A DNA stretch of 64,000 nucleotides from a virus. Taxonomy: Duplodnaviria > Caudoviricetes. The DNA lies in IMG/VR virus record IMGVR_UViG_3300027763_000057, positions 3,525-67,524 of that record; one strand, 5' to 3'. Below, in pieces: positions 18,901 to 28,958 of this stretch. The notes beneath the pieces were generated by a model. The model saw only the letters and a list, made by a program, of their open reading frames with translations. It ran no database searches and was not told the DNA's origin. The stretch's first letter is position 1. Each line of letters starts with the position of its first letter. Position numbers and translations under genes: made by a program.

Positions 18901-21900
18901 TGCAAGCTGAAGAAGAAGAGTTTAGAAGAAAATTAGAAGAAGAAGGATTGGAAGAAGCTCCATTTGCTGTTAGAGAAGCAACCACAGAAGATGTAGAAGC
19001 AATGCAAGAAATTGTGGCTGATTATGTAAAAGATGGAGTTACGGCATTGGATGATATTAAAAGAGAGGTAGCAAAAGAATTAGGATACAACACAAAAGCA
19101 TTAAGACAAATTGTTGAGGATGCTTATAATAGATATACTACAACAACAGAGGTTGCCCCTTCAGAGGTTTTAGGCGCTATTGCAGATAGAGTTGGCAATA
19201 AGATGAAGCAGATGTTTGGCAAAGCAGCTCAAGCGCCGGTTATACTTGATGATGCTAATTCTATGCTTGATAAGGCAGCTGAATTGGGGGCAGATGGCGC
19301 AGTTATAGAATTCCAAAAAGAACAAGCAAAACAACAAAAAGGCGCATCCGTATCAGATAAAACTGCTATGAATGATTTAAGGTCAAAGACAGAAGATAAA
19401 GCTAAAATTAGCATTATTGATGCAGCTGAAAAAATGATAACAACCTTAAAGTCGGTGTTGCCTAATTTTGATATTGTAATACATGGTAGCGATGAAAGTT
19501 ATAACGCAGCCATGAAAGATGCTGAAATTGACGGTGTAGTTGGGGGCGTTGGTAATTTTAGTTATTCTAAAAAGAAAGGTGAATATTCAGGTCGTATTGA
19601 TATTAACTTGAACAAAGCAAATAATAAGACATTAGCGCACGAGGTAGCTCATGGAGTTATGTTGAAGGCATTTGGCGATAACCCAAAATTATTTAAAGAA
19701 TTTAGGGAGAAGATAGCATCTGTACTAAATGAAAGTGATAATCAAACATTAATCGATTTTGCTGATAGGGCTACTTATGCAAAAAATGATACTTACGAAG
19801 AATATTTAGCGGAATTAACAGCTATGTTAGCTGAACAAGAAACTAAATTATCTACAAGTACATTCCAAAAAATTGCTGCTATTATAAATGATATAATAGA
19901 AAAGATAACAAATGGTGCATTTAAGCCATTTGAAGGTATTAAGAGAACAAAACAAATTGTTGACTTTTTTAATGATATATCAGAGTCTATTCGTAAAGGA
20001 GAGGCAATAAAGATTGAAAATATTAAAACCGCAGAGGAATTAAAAAAGCAGGCTAAACTAGAATTAGAGGATTTTGAAAGAATTGCCACAGAAAGCATTG
20101 CGGATATTGCTAGGATGTTTGGTATGGATTTGGGTAATCCAGTAGCTTCAAAAGCTCAAGTTCCTGTTGAAAAGCTTCCTAGACCAGTTATTAATGGATT
20201 TGATGTTTTAAAGAAAAAGCTTGGCGAAACTGCAGCTAAAAAAGTAAGAGAGAAAATCCCATTTGCATTAGATTACCCTACTGAATTTATTGATTTTGTA
20301 ACAGTAAAAATACCGGCAAAAGAAGATATTCCATTTATCGTAGATAAGATGGCGGATAGGTTAGATGGTTTATTTAGAATAGCAGTTGATAAGAATATTG
20401 AAACCGCAGATGCGAAAGGAAAGACTCCAGAAGAATTATCAAAGGAGGCGGGGTATGTATTTCATAGAACCGAAAAGCCAGATGATGTATTGGTATTTAA
20501 AAAAGATTTTGCAAATGGTGAAGTGTTATGTACATATAATGATGTAGAGGGTAGAATGTATAATAATTTAGTTTTTTGGTTAAGAAGAAGTGAGGCAGAA
20601 ACAGTATTGCATGCAAATGATTTAACACAAGAGTATTTAAAAGAGGAATCGGAAGGTGCTGTTTTATGGCGTAATTATTTAGATGGGAAAGGACAAAAAA
20701 ACAATGATGGGTCATATAATTTATCAGATGTAAGACCATCAAGACAAGACCCTTATGGAACATCTTCAATGAGTGTTCAAATAGGAAAAAGAGGCGGCGA
20801 TATTTCAATAAAAAATAGATATAATCATAGTGTAAATAACCCAGATGCTACATTTGGTAATGACTTAAATTCTATAGTAGACGGTCTTCATGACGCTGTA
20901 TATAATATAGAAGGAGTACCAAAGAAAAGGCAAGAAGCGCGCCTTCCTGACAATATAGTAGCAGATGACAAGGGTAGATTATTTAAATATGATAGAGAGA
21001 TTAATGATATTTATATAAGTAAAAATGGATATATAGATAACGGGGTTCTTAATCTAATAGATAAATCTACACAAAAAATAATTGATAATTATTTAATTGA
21101 TTCAAAAAATAAATCAGCTAAATCTTTAACAAACAGCAGTAACCAACTTATACCTGATATTAATAAAATTTCTTTTGACAAGAATACCATTAAAATTCAA
21201 TCAGATAAGGGTTCTTTAAATCTTGAACTTGTTGACGGATTGCTTGATAAGTTAAGTGGTGATATTACAAGAATAGAAGGTAGATTTTTAAATTTTAACG
21301 AATCCCTGACTAGTATTGATTTGCCATCAGTTAAATACATTGGTCAAGATTTCCTTTACATTAATAAATCTTTAAAAAGCATTAATTTGCCATTAGTCGA
21401 AACAATTGGTGATGAATTTCTTTATTATAATCAATCTTTAAAAGATATTGATTTACCATCAGCTAGTGCTATTGGTGACCAATTCCTTCGTAAAAATGAA
21501 ATTTTAGAAAATATTAATTTACCTTCAGCGGTAATTATAGGTTCAAATTTTTTAAGCGATAATATATCTATAAAAGATATTGATTTGCCATTAGTTCAAA
21601 TGGTGGGGTATAATTTTATTTTTGATAATGATATTTTAGAAAGTGTTAATTTGCCAAATATTAGGTCTATAAGTGATAGCTTTCTTGCTAGAAACAAAAG
21701 TTTAAAAAATATTGATTTACCATTAGTTAATAGCATAGGAAATTCTTTTTTACTTTATAATCAAGCTATAGAAGAAGTAAATCTTCCGTTAATAAAACAA
21801 ATTGGTTCAAGTTTTTTAAATTTTCATCAAAATTTAAAAAAAATAGATTTTCCTTTATTGAAATCTGTTGAAAGTGAATTTCTTTTTAGTAACATTAAAT

Positions 21901-24900
21901 TAGAAAGTGTTAATTTGCCTTTATTAGAAAGAATAGGTTCCGAATTTCTTAAAAATAATGAATCATTAACAACAATAAGTTTACCTTCTGTTAAAAATAT
22001 TGGTCCTAGATTTATGCAAAATAGTCTTTTGACTAGCATAGATTTGCCATTAGTTGAAACCGTTGACTTTAATTTTCTTGGAGATAATCGTAGGTTAGAA
22101 AGTATTAATTTGCCAAATGCTGTATACGTTGGGGATAAATTTTTAGGTAATAATCAATATATAGCAAGTGTTGAATTGCCTTTAGTAAAAGACATAAGTA
22201 GTTCTTTTTTATATAATGCTCAAGATTTAGTAAGCATAAAATTGCCATCAGTTGAAACAATTAGTAGTAAATTTCTTTTTGAAAATAAATCAATAACTAG
22301 TATTGATTTGCCTTTGGTTAGATATATTGGAGATAGATTTTTATATAACAATCAGTCTTTGTCAAAAATTAATTTACCATTGGTTGAAACAATTGAAACT
22401 GGTTTTCTTTATGATAATCAATCTTTAACAAGCTTGGATTTACCATCGGTTAAAAAAATAGGTTATGATTTTATTTATGAAAATAAATCTTTAGCAAAAA
22501 TAAATCTTCCGTTAGTAGAAAAAGTTGGAAGTGCATTTCTTAAAAATAATGAATCATTAACTAAAATTGATTTACCATTAATTAAATATATTGGGAATCA
22601 ATTTTTATTTTTTAATGAATCTTTAAAAGACATTAATTTGCCACTTGTTACTGATATAAGTAATGATTTTCTTTATGGCAATCAATCTTTAGAAACTCTA
22701 AAATTACCGGAACTTGTAACTGTTGGAAGTGATTTTCTTCTTTATAACAATGCTTTAACAACTTTAGAATTACCAAAAATAAACTACATAGGTAGTGATT
22801 TTCTTTTTAATAATACAACTTTAGAGAATTTTGAGTTGCCATCCGATATGAGATATTTTAGTCCTGATGGTTTCTTTTCTAAAAACAAAGCTTTAGCAAA
22901 TAAAATAGCAACAGCAAGCATGGAATCCGGCGTTAGGTCAAAAGCACAAATGCCAATGTTTATGGCTAATCAAAATGGCGAAGATATATTAGGCTTTTCT
23001 TATGACAATAGAATGTATTTAAATGGAGAGAAACTTAATCCTAACACCATAATACACGAAGCAGGTCATATTTGGACAGAGTGGATAAAGGGCAATGATA
23101 CTAAATTGTATGATAAGGGTATGGAATTGGTTGAAAAGTCACCATACTTGCAAAAAGCAAAGAATAGTAAATTTTACCAAGAACAAGCAGATAAATTAGC
23201 TACAGAAGAGCAAAGAGAGGCTTACTTTAAACACGAAGCATTAGCTATGGCTATTGGTGATAAAGGCGCTCAATTTGTATTAGAAAGCAAAAAAGAATCA
23301 TTCCAAGATTGGCTAAAGACTTTGTGGACTAAAATAAAGAACTTAACAGGATTTAAAGATTTAACAGCAGAAGAGTTCCAAAACTTAACTTTTGACCAAT
23401 TTTCTAAAATGGCTGTTAAGGAAATATTAGGAACAGAAGGCGCAGTTGAAAAGTTAAATTCAATAAAGAGTTTTAGGAATAAAAAGAAATTTATAAAAGA
23501 CAACCTAAAATACGAATCAAATAAAAATGCAATAGACGAACTTGATTTTACAGAAGAAGATTTCATTGAAATAGCAAAGTCAAATTTTGATTTATCAACC
23601 TTTAAAAATATAAAAGATGCCGTACAAAAGCGAAGCACAAAGAAAGTATTTCAACCAAAACAAGGAGAAGTTGGAGAAGCAGGGGGTGGACGTAGACGAG
23701 TGGAACCAAGAATCGAAGGGGAAGGAATTACCGGAGAAGAAGGCGAAGCCGCACAGCCCCAAGGTACTACGCAAATCCCAGAAGAAATTCAAAATATAGG
23801 GTTAGAAAATCAAGACGTAGATTATGTCCGCATAACAAAAGCGGAATTAAGCAAATTAAGAGAAAGTCTTGGACTACCTGCATACAAAGGATTGCCTATT
23901 GAGAATCGTGAGATGTTGAGAGAAGCAGCTCAAGAAATGATTAAAAAAGGTGTAAGTGTTGAATCTTTGTATGATAAGATAAAATTAGGAAATGTCTTAT
24001 CCAACTACGAAAATGCATTTATGTCCGAATACAGGGCTGCATTGGATGTGGAGTTGAAGAACAATCCTTCTCAAGAGTTATTAGCCAAGATTACTGAATT
24101 TGCTGATGTATTTCAAAAAAGTGCATCTCAAACCGGTAAAGCATTGGAAAGTTTGAAAATAATGAAGAAACTCAACGAGGCTAACACATTATCTAACTTT
24201 TTATTGACTAGGCAAGAAGATAAAGGGTTTCCGCTGACTCCTAAAATGATGGTAGAAGAAACTGCTAAATTTGAAAAAGTACAAAAAGCTAAAAAAGAAT
24301 TAAAAGAATCTGTTGAAAATGATATTATAAACCAAGTTAAAACAGAAGCTGAAAATGAATTAAAGAAAGAGGGCAAAGCAAAAGTTAAAAAATCTCACGA
24401 AGAATTTGTAAAAGAAAGAAAAGCAGCATTAGTAGCCGCAAAAGAAGCTTTGAAAAAATTAAGAAGTGGAGAGCAAGGATTAATGGTTTCTGCGCCGGGA
24501 TTAAATGAGTTAGTTGCAATAGCGCCGCATATAAATAAATATGTTAAAAGTTTATTTGCAGAAGGTGTTTCTAAATTAGATGATATTGTTACTGAAGTTC
24601 ATAAAGAATTTTCAGAATTAGTTGACGGCTTGACAAAAAGAGATGTATTAGATGTAATTGCCGGTAAACATAATCTTAAAAAAATAACGCCTAATGAAAT
24701 AAATGCAGGGTTAAGATTGTTGCGCAGAGAAGCCGATTTGTTAGGTTTATTAGAAAAGGCTAGACTAGGAGAAGATAGAGCTAAATCTGAAAGTCAAATG
24801 GCTGAAAAGAGTAAAAGAGTGCAGGAGTTGGAAAAAAAGATAAAAGAAGTTAAAGAATTAAATAGAGTTAAAGAATTAGCAGAACAAGGTGTTGAAGAAA

Positions 24901-26585
24901 AATCACCGACCATTGGTAAAGACGGAGTAACCGATGCTGATTATAATCAAAAAAGACAAAAATATTTAGATAGAAAAATTAAAAAATTAGAAGACAATTT
25001 AAAAAATAAAAATTACGATAAAGAAGAAAAGGAAACTATAAAATATAAGGTTTCCGATAAAACCAAAAAAATGACAGATAGGGTGGTGGAGCTTGAAAAA
25101 GCGATTGCTCTAGATAGATATAAAGACCAGACTAATAAATTAAGCAAATGGGAGAAAGCTTGGGATAAAATTCAAAGCGTATTAGGAGTAAGAAGGATTG
25201 TTCAAACTGCTATAGATGCTTCTATTTGGTTTAGACAATTGGCAAAATTAACATTGAACCCTCTAAAATGGAGTATTGCAAGGAAATTTATATTTGCGGG
25301 GGCGCAATCTGTATTTAGTCAGAAAAATTACGATAGATTAATGTACGGAATACATCAGGCACCTGATTTTGAAGAATCAGTAAAAGATGGTATTAGATAC
25401 AATGAGCTAGATAGCATTGACCCTAAAAAGCAAAACGAAATGTTCCCTAAAAGTTTTGTATTTAAAATACCTATTTTAAGGGAATTAATAACCGCATCAC
25501 AAAGAATAGCGGATGCGTCTTTAAATGTCGCTCGATATGAATTGTATAATAAATACAAAAGGGAATTATTAAGAAAAGGAATAACTAGAGAAAGCGACCC
25601 TAATGAATACGAGCAGATGGCTAAACTTGTTATGAATAGTACGGGTAGTGGAAATATGCTTGAAATTTTAGAATCAAGAAAGGCAGAAAAAGTTATGGGT
25701 TCTTTATTTTATGGAGCTAGATTGATGGCTGCAAATATGAATACTCTGAATCCGATTTACTATGTTAGGATGCCTAAAGAAGTTAGAAAAATGGCAATGA
25801 AGGATTTAGCATCATATACAACTACCGTAATAGCTACAACATTAGCTTTTGCAGCAGCGGGTGGTGCTGTATCAATGGACCCAGATGACCCTGAATTCTT
25901 GCAAGTTAGATTTAATGGTAAAGTTTATGACTTTACAGCAGGGCAAGCTGCTTATATTAGAACATTTTTAAGATGGGTTGAATTTGGTTATGCTAGAGCC
26001 GTTAAAAGTAAATTTGAAGCCGGTGAAGCAGGAGCTTTTGCTTGGAGGTCAACTTTAAGCTTTTTTAGAAATAAATTAGCTCCAAATACCGCTTATTTAA
26101 TAAATGCGTTTGTTGGTAAAAATTCTATTGGTCAAGATTTTGAACCAATGGAAATAGTTCATGTATATCCAATGTATGCTGACGATGCTTATGAAGCTGC
26201 AAAAGAAGATGGCTTTGTATCATTATTAACCGTGCTGATGCCAAATATTTTAGGAATAGGGTATTCTAGTTATTATTCAGACAAGGCAATGAAGCCTATT
26301 GATGAGGTAGTAAATAGAGCGCAAAATAGTGATGAATTAGACCCCGAATCAGTTAAAAAGGGAATAACTAAAAAAGAATTCGAAGAATTTGCTAAATTGC
26401 GTGATAAATTAATTGCAGAAAAAATAAAAGAATTGTATGAAGAAGGTGTATATGATACGGAAATAGGCGAATATGTGCCAATTAAAAAATCAACACCGGA
26501 AAGTATTACAGCGGCTATTATGAAGGCAAAATCAGCCGCAACAAAAGAAGCTAAATCTGAATTTAACGCCGATGATGAAGAATAA
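15933..26585 (+). CDS. giant polyvalent virion/ejection protein with two zincin (HExxH) domains and a BspA-like LRR block
   Basis: LAHEVAH (~19640), IIHEAGH (~23055), ~24 22-aa repeats, coiled coils. Confidence 0.75.
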   Translation: MPEEQNNPFAEFGGEVVKKETNPFAEFGGELKKKDKATRSGYSVTPLPSQDKFDIGEEVATIGYKSPIGKAIQKDKIKGSNVAGVYNTLVGSLSSIMGGGAYMADILGAQPYMPLSVRIANADADRKKAVSFIEQARIEKGFPLITPTGVDWIGSSKQFEQQQSEFDVTPKEGGGLFSGVDFEDVRGLAFQAPKTLVEMAAGGLSGGLTFAQQSINDNAKELEESGAGDKLTDVQKVGYLFTQAAAQAALEKFSIDKILKNTGLAKSIEKKITAEVIEEFAQKGIKATAKEVQDEMVKKAAKLSTKLKNVGVKGLQSAFVEGSTEGIQQAASDAIKVTTNKIAKNEVFDEEDINKNFWKNVVNNTVMGAAMGGVAGAGLQGLSSTDKAIRQEIANETDLQNIQEQISKQVEEGNLTPEDAEAANITAQQYAEIAGKIPTTVSKEDKYKIIGGISQRNSLQQDLQKAREEMMDVDPIFRKEKQDQVDLIQAKIDETGDYLEGLATGKKPRYIKRDGRKGEETTYYKVDENGDSTPISQARYDLAKAIKKEDSRKKAPVDENRRRRVEQFDILYGVKSNNPEFDFPNSFEEFNKKIDSDPNYLSDLYKRAKKYKETGEIAEDEMGTEASFIDAINPPVEKDITIGEIVDKKGTYKNEKGTFLQEGGNIVFKNEASGEKYEVGKAAEIQEKPASEFDIKYDESLVAIDDKGNISVREKPYINRYSNPLKAINKDENGNIVSVNLETADGKKRTFKGSIAEDIAYQINLKEKSKEAPKVEPKTEPVVEKPVQVIKPVKPVVEVKEKIEEEVKPVEVKEKPKTKVEEIKTKIKSKLESFKERFAPVKKTSTQGEKIAEAKDVYKKVKEMDAPSDGAEIGLRYLADGGIVSQATVDEIAGTTANVRATLNTGRKVKTKSEESKSRDYVSGNESLDDLVHRLWEVNKQRIDIDDIKEALMDEIGNNNTRFDAAKAYLERYSPEYTQKSYEDRMSEQMQAEEEEFRRKLEEEGLEEAPFAVREATTEDVEAMQEIVADYVKDGVTALDDIKREVAKELGYNTKALRQIVEDAYNRYTTTTEVAPSEVLGAIADRVGNKMKQMFGKAAQAPVILDDANSMLDKAAELGADGAVIEFQKEQAKQQKGASVSDKTAMNDLRSKTEDKAKISIIDAAEKMITTLKSVLPNFDIVIHGSDESYNAAMKDAEIDGVVGGVGNFSYSKKKGEYSGRIDINLNKANNKTLAHEVAHGVMLKAFGDNPKLFKEFREKIASVLNESDNQTLIDFADRATYAKNDTYEEYLAELTAMLAEQETKLSTSTFQKIAAIINDIIEKITNGAFKPFEGIKRTKQIVDFFNDISESIRKGEAIKIENIKTAEELKKQAKLELEDFERIATESIADIARMFGMDLGNPVASKAQVPVEKLPRPVINGFDVLKKKLGETAAKKVREKIPFALDYPTEFIDFVTVKIPAKEDIPFIVDKMADRLDGLFRIAVDKNIETADAKGKTPEELSKEAGYVFHRTEKPDDVLVFKKDFANGEVLCTYNDVEGRMYNNLVFWLRRSEAETVLHANDLTQEYLKEESEGAVLWRNYLDGKGQKNNDGSYNLSDVRPSRQDPYGTSSMSVQIGKRGGDISIKNRYNHSVNNPDATFGNDLNSIVDGLHDAVYNIEGVPKKRQEARLPDNIVADDKGRLFKYDREINDIYISKNGYIDNGVLNLIDKSTQKIIDNYLIDSKNKSAKSLTNSSNQLIPDINKISFDKNTIKIQSDKGSLNLELVDGLLDKLSGDITRIEGRFLNFNESLTSIDLPSVKYIGQDFLYINKSLKSINLPLVETIGDEFLYYNQSLKDIDLPSASAIGDQFLRKNEILENINLPSAVIIGSNFLSDNISIKDIDLPLVQMVGYNFIFDNDILESVNLPNIRSISDSFLARNKSLKNIDLPLVNSIGNSFLLYNQAIEEVNLPLIKQIGSSFLNFHQNLKKIDFPLLKSVESEFLFSNIKLESVNLPLLERIGSEFLKNNESLTTISLPSVKNIGPRFMQNSLLTSIDLPLVETVDFNFLGDNRRLESINLPNAVYVGDKFLGNNQYIASVELPLVKDISSSFLYNAQDLVSIKLPSVETISSKFLFENKSITSIDLPLVRYIGDRFLYNNQSLSKINLPLVETIETGFLYDNQSLTSLDLPSVKKIGYDFIYENKSLAKINLPLVEKVGSAFLKNNESLTKIDLPLIKYIGNQFLFFNESLKDINLPLVTDISNDFLYGNQSLETLKLPELVTVGSDFLLYNNALTTLELPKINYIGSDFLFNNTTLENFELPSDMRYFSPDGFFSKNKALANKIATASMESGVRSKAQMPMFMANQNGEDILGFSYDNRMYLNGEKLNPNTIIHEAGHIWTEWIKGNDTKLYDKGMELVEKSPYLQKAKNSKFYQEQADKLATEEQREAYFKHEALAMAIGDKGAQFVLESKKESFQDWLKTLWTKIKNLTGFKDLTAEEFQNLTFDQFSKMAVKEILGTEGAVEKLNSIKSFRNKKKFIKDNLKYESNKNAIDELDFTEEDFIEIAKSNFDLSTFKNIKDAVQKRSTKKVFQPKQGEVGEAGGGRRRVEPRIEGEGITGEEGEAAQPQGTTQIPEEIQNIGLENQDVDYVRITKAELSKLRESLGLPAYKGLPIENREMLREAAQEMIKKGVSVESLYDKIKLGNVLSNYENAFMSEYRAALDVELKNNPSQELLAKITEFADVFQKSASQTGKALESLKIMKKLNEANTLSNFLLTRQEDKGFPLTPKMMVEETAKFEKVQKAKKELKESVENDIINQVKTEAENELKKEGKAKVKKSHEEFVKERKAALVAAKEALKKLRSGEQGLMVSAPGLNELVAIAPHINKYVKSLFAEGVSKLDDIVTEVHKEFSELVDGLTKRDVLDVIAGKHNLKKITPNEINAGLRLLRREADLLGLLEKARLGEDRAKSESQMAEKSKRVQELEKKIKEVKELNRVKELAEQGVEEKSPTIGKDGVTDADYNQKRQKYLDRKIKKLEDNLKNKNYDKEEKETIKYKVSDKTKKMTDRVVELEKAIALDRYKDQTNKLSKWEKAWDKIQSVLGVRRIVQTAIDASIWFRQLAKLTLNPLKWSIARKFIFAGAQSVFSQKNYDRLMYGIHQAPDFEESVKDGIRYNELDSIDPKKQNEMFPKSFVFKIPILRELITASQRIADASLNVARYELYNKYKRELLRKGITRESDPNEYEQMAKLVMNSTGSGNMLEILESRKAEKVMGSLFYGARLMAANMNTLNPIYYVRMPKEVRKMAMKDLASYTTTVIATTLAFAAAGGAVSMDPDDPEFLQVRFNGKVYDFTAGQAAYIRTFLRWVEFGYARAVKSKFEAGEAGAFAWRSTLSFFRNKLAPNTAYLINAFVGKNSIGQDFEPMEIVHVYPMYADDAYEAAKEDGFVSLLTVLMPNILGIGYSSYYSDKAMKPIDEVVNRAQNSDELDPESVKKGITKKEFEEFAKLRDKLIAEKIKELYEEGVYDTEIGEYVPIKKSTPESITAAIMKAKSAATKEAKSEFNADDEE
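21250..22890 (+). repeat. ~24 tandem 66-bp/22-aa leucine-rich repeats (BspA/LRR_5-like)
   Basis: Consensus FLYNNxSLxxIxLPLVxxIGxx. Confidence 0.9.
23617..23799 (+). CDS. nested +1-frame small basic protein
   Basis: MPYKSEAQRKYF...EW...KGKELPEK resembles a small phage protein family (recalled, not searched); A-rich leader. Confidence 0.6.
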   Translation: MPYKSEAQRKYFNQNKEKLEKQGVDVDEWNQESKGKELPEKKAKPHSPKVLRKSQKKFKI

Positions 26586-26598
26586 CTAAAAACAAAAC

Positions 26599-26910
26599 AT
26601 GGAAACACTAGAAGAACTAAAACACAAACTTTCACTTTATGAACAAAATGGCGCAGCCAAATTATTTTACGCTTTAAATAGGAAAGCGAATGAGATGGCT
26701 GACTTATTGAATAAAACCAATATAAGTCATTTGTTACTTGACGACCCTAAAGACAAAACATTTGAAAGACTAAAAGTTATCTGGAATGACAGCGCTAGTA
26801 TTTCCGCAGCTATAAAAGAGTTAGGAATTTCGGCGGGTGTTACCGGAGATGAGCAGAAAGATATAGTCAAAAAACCATTTGTTGAAACTATAGCAGAGTC
26901 AAGAAAATAA
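26599..26910 (+). CDS. putative terminase small subunit
   Basis: Small helical ORF overlapping the terL start. Confidence 0.5.
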   Translation: METLEELKHKLSLYEQNGAAKLFYALNRKANEMADLLNKTNISHLLLDDPKDKTFERLKVIWNDSASISAAIKELGISAGVTGDEQKDIVKKPFVETIAESRK

Positions 26911-28958
26911 TGTTTGATAAAATAAAAATATACGGGGTAGAAATTAATCTACCTCCCGTCCCTGATGAGGTTGAGAATTGGGGAACTGATATTGCTAGTG
27001 AGCAGTATTGGAGAAGAAGAGAATTGCCTAAATTTTTTGAATCGGTAGAATACGATAAAGAGGGTAATGCATTATTGGATTTAGAACAATCTTATTTTGC
27101 AGGAAGAGAAGTGGATAGATGTAAGAAAGGTTTTTGGTTTTATAACAATGGAGTGCCAACTTTTCTTACAGGTAAACACTATTTTTATTTGCAATGGTGG
27201 AAATTAGAGGATGATATTTATGGCGATTTTAGAGATGCAGACAGGCGTTATTTTTTGTTTTTAGACCATTGGGAAAAAACGCCTTGGTGTTTAGGTGTTG
27301 TTAGAGGTAAAAAACGTAGAGAAGGTGCGACATCGCAGGCGACATCAAATATCGTTTATGAGTGTATCTTCTATAAAAATAGCTTTTGCGGATTGACGAG
27401 CAAAACGCAGATAGATGCCAAGGCTGCATTTACAAACATGATTTCTTTTGGGTATAGGCAATTGCCCGTGTTCTTAAAGCCAAAACAATTAAACAACAAA
27501 GACAGCGTAAGTGAACTTGTATTTGCCCATAAATCTGTAGAGATAAAAGGCGGCAAGGGAAGTACAATTGATACAGATACAGGGCATAGGTCTAGAATTG
27601 ATTATAGAGCGCCTTCTTTGAACTCTTATGACTCTGGTAGAATAAGTCGTGGGTTATTTGATGAAGGCGGAAAATGGGCAAAAGAAACGCCATTTTCAAC
27701 ATTCATATCAATCGTAAGTAAAACACTTGTAAAAGGCGCTAAAAGAGTGGGTTTTATAGAATGTCCTTCAACATCAAACTCGATGACTACGGGAGGAGAG
27801 GAATTTAAGATTGTTTGGGATAATGCAGACCATACTAAATATCCAAAGACTCCTAATAGGCTTGCTAAATACTTTTCTCCGGCTTATGATGGTTACTTGG
27901 GTTTTATAGATAGGTATGGGATGAGCGTTATTGAGTCACCAAATGAAGAGCAATATAAATTTCTAGTTGAAAACTATGTAGGCGCAGGTGACCTGAATGA
28001 AGAGGATATTAAACTAGGCGCAAAAGAATATTTACAGCAGAAAAGAAAGATTTTAGAAAGCGTACAATTAGAGGAAGAGATAAGAATGAACCCCTTTGAT
28101 GAAAGGGAGATGTTTATGCTTCGGAATAATAATTGTCATTTTGATGCCGTATTACTTAACGATTTGTATGAAATATCTAAAATAAACGAAAAAGAAGTAT
28201 TAGAATATGGTAATTGGATGTGGAAAGATGGTAAACCTTTTACAGATGTTGAATGGCATCCTACAACAAAAGAGAATGGCAGATGGACTATAGCCAAAAA
28301 CTTTAAACGACCAGAAGGTGAAACATACATAACTAGGGGGTCTTTGTTTTTACCTAAAAACCCTGTTCAATTTATTATGGGATGTGACCCGTTTCAGAAT
28401 TCAGTTGTTGAATATGGCGAAGGCTCTAAAGCCACAAGCTTGGTGTTAAATAGGTATGATATTGGTATTAACGACCCTGTGTATAACATGATGTTCGTTA
28501 GCAAATATCATGCAAGACCTAGAATGGTAGAGTTATTTCACATGGATATGGTTTTGCAATGCTTTGCTTATGGTGGACAAATATTGATAGAAGCTAAAAT
28601 GGATGGCGGCTTGCGTAAGTTTTTTATAGACAACAATTGCGAACCCTTCCTGATGAGATTGCCCGAAAAAGCAAATTATGGTATTGACCCTAACTCTGAT
28701 AACAAAGCTCTTATGGTAAACCTATGGGAACAATATATTTTGACGCATGGGAAAGAAGGCAAATTGATATACCCAGAAATGATAGACGATAAGTACGATG
28801 GGCTTCTTAAATTCAATGTGAATGAAACCGAAGTAAGTGACCTTGTAATGGGTGGAGGATGGACACTTGTTGCTGACTATTTCAAACGAGCTATTTTCAA
28901 GAAATCAGAAGATAGAATTAAAATTACAGACTTTTTTAAACAAACAAAAATAGCATAA
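26910..28958 (+). CDS. terL: terminase large subunit
   Basis: KKRREGAT Walker A variant, FDEGGK Walker B, ST motif, GCDP nuclease motif. Confidence 0.9.
   Translation: MFDKIKIYGVEINLPPVPDEVENWGTDIASEQYWRRRELPKFFESVEYDKEGNALLDLEQSYFAGREVDRCKKGFWFYNNGVPTFLTGKHYFYLQWWKLEDDIYGDFRDADRRYFLFLDHWEKTPWCLGVVRGKKRREGATSQATSNIVYECIFYKNSFCGLTSKTQIDAKAAFTNMISFGYRQLPVFLKPKQLNNKDSVSELVFAHKSVEIKGGKGSTIDTDTGHRSRIDYRAPSLNSYDSGRISRGLFDEGGKWAKETPFSTFISIVSKTLVKGAKRVGFIECPSTSNSMTTGGEEFKIVWDNADHTKYPKTPNRLAKYFSPAYDGYLGFIDRYGMSVIESPNEEQYKFLVENYVGAGDLNEEDIKLGAKEYLQQKRKILESVQLEEEIRMNPFDEREMFMLRNNNCHFDAVLLNDLYEISKINEKEVLEYGNWMWKDGKPFTDVEWHPTTKENGRWTIAKNFKRPEGETYITRGSLFLPKNPVQFIMGCDPFQNSVVEYGEGSKATSLVLNRYDIGINDPVYNMMFVSKYHARPRMVELFHMDMVLQCFAYGGQILIEAKMDGGLRKFFIDNNCEPFLMRLPEKANYGIDPNSDNKALMVNLWEQYILTHGKEGKLIYPEMIDDKYDGLLKFNVNETEVSDLVMGGGWTLVADYFKRAIFKKSEDRIKITDFFKQTKIA

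Noticed and set aside
21250-22890. Diversity-generating retroelement target
   Set aside because: No reverse transcriptase and no TR/VR pair differing only at adenines
16851-26635. Antisense ORFs within the giant gene
   Set aside because: Ser/Phe/Leu-rich shadows of a Lys/Glu-rich sense frame, with no leaders or motifs
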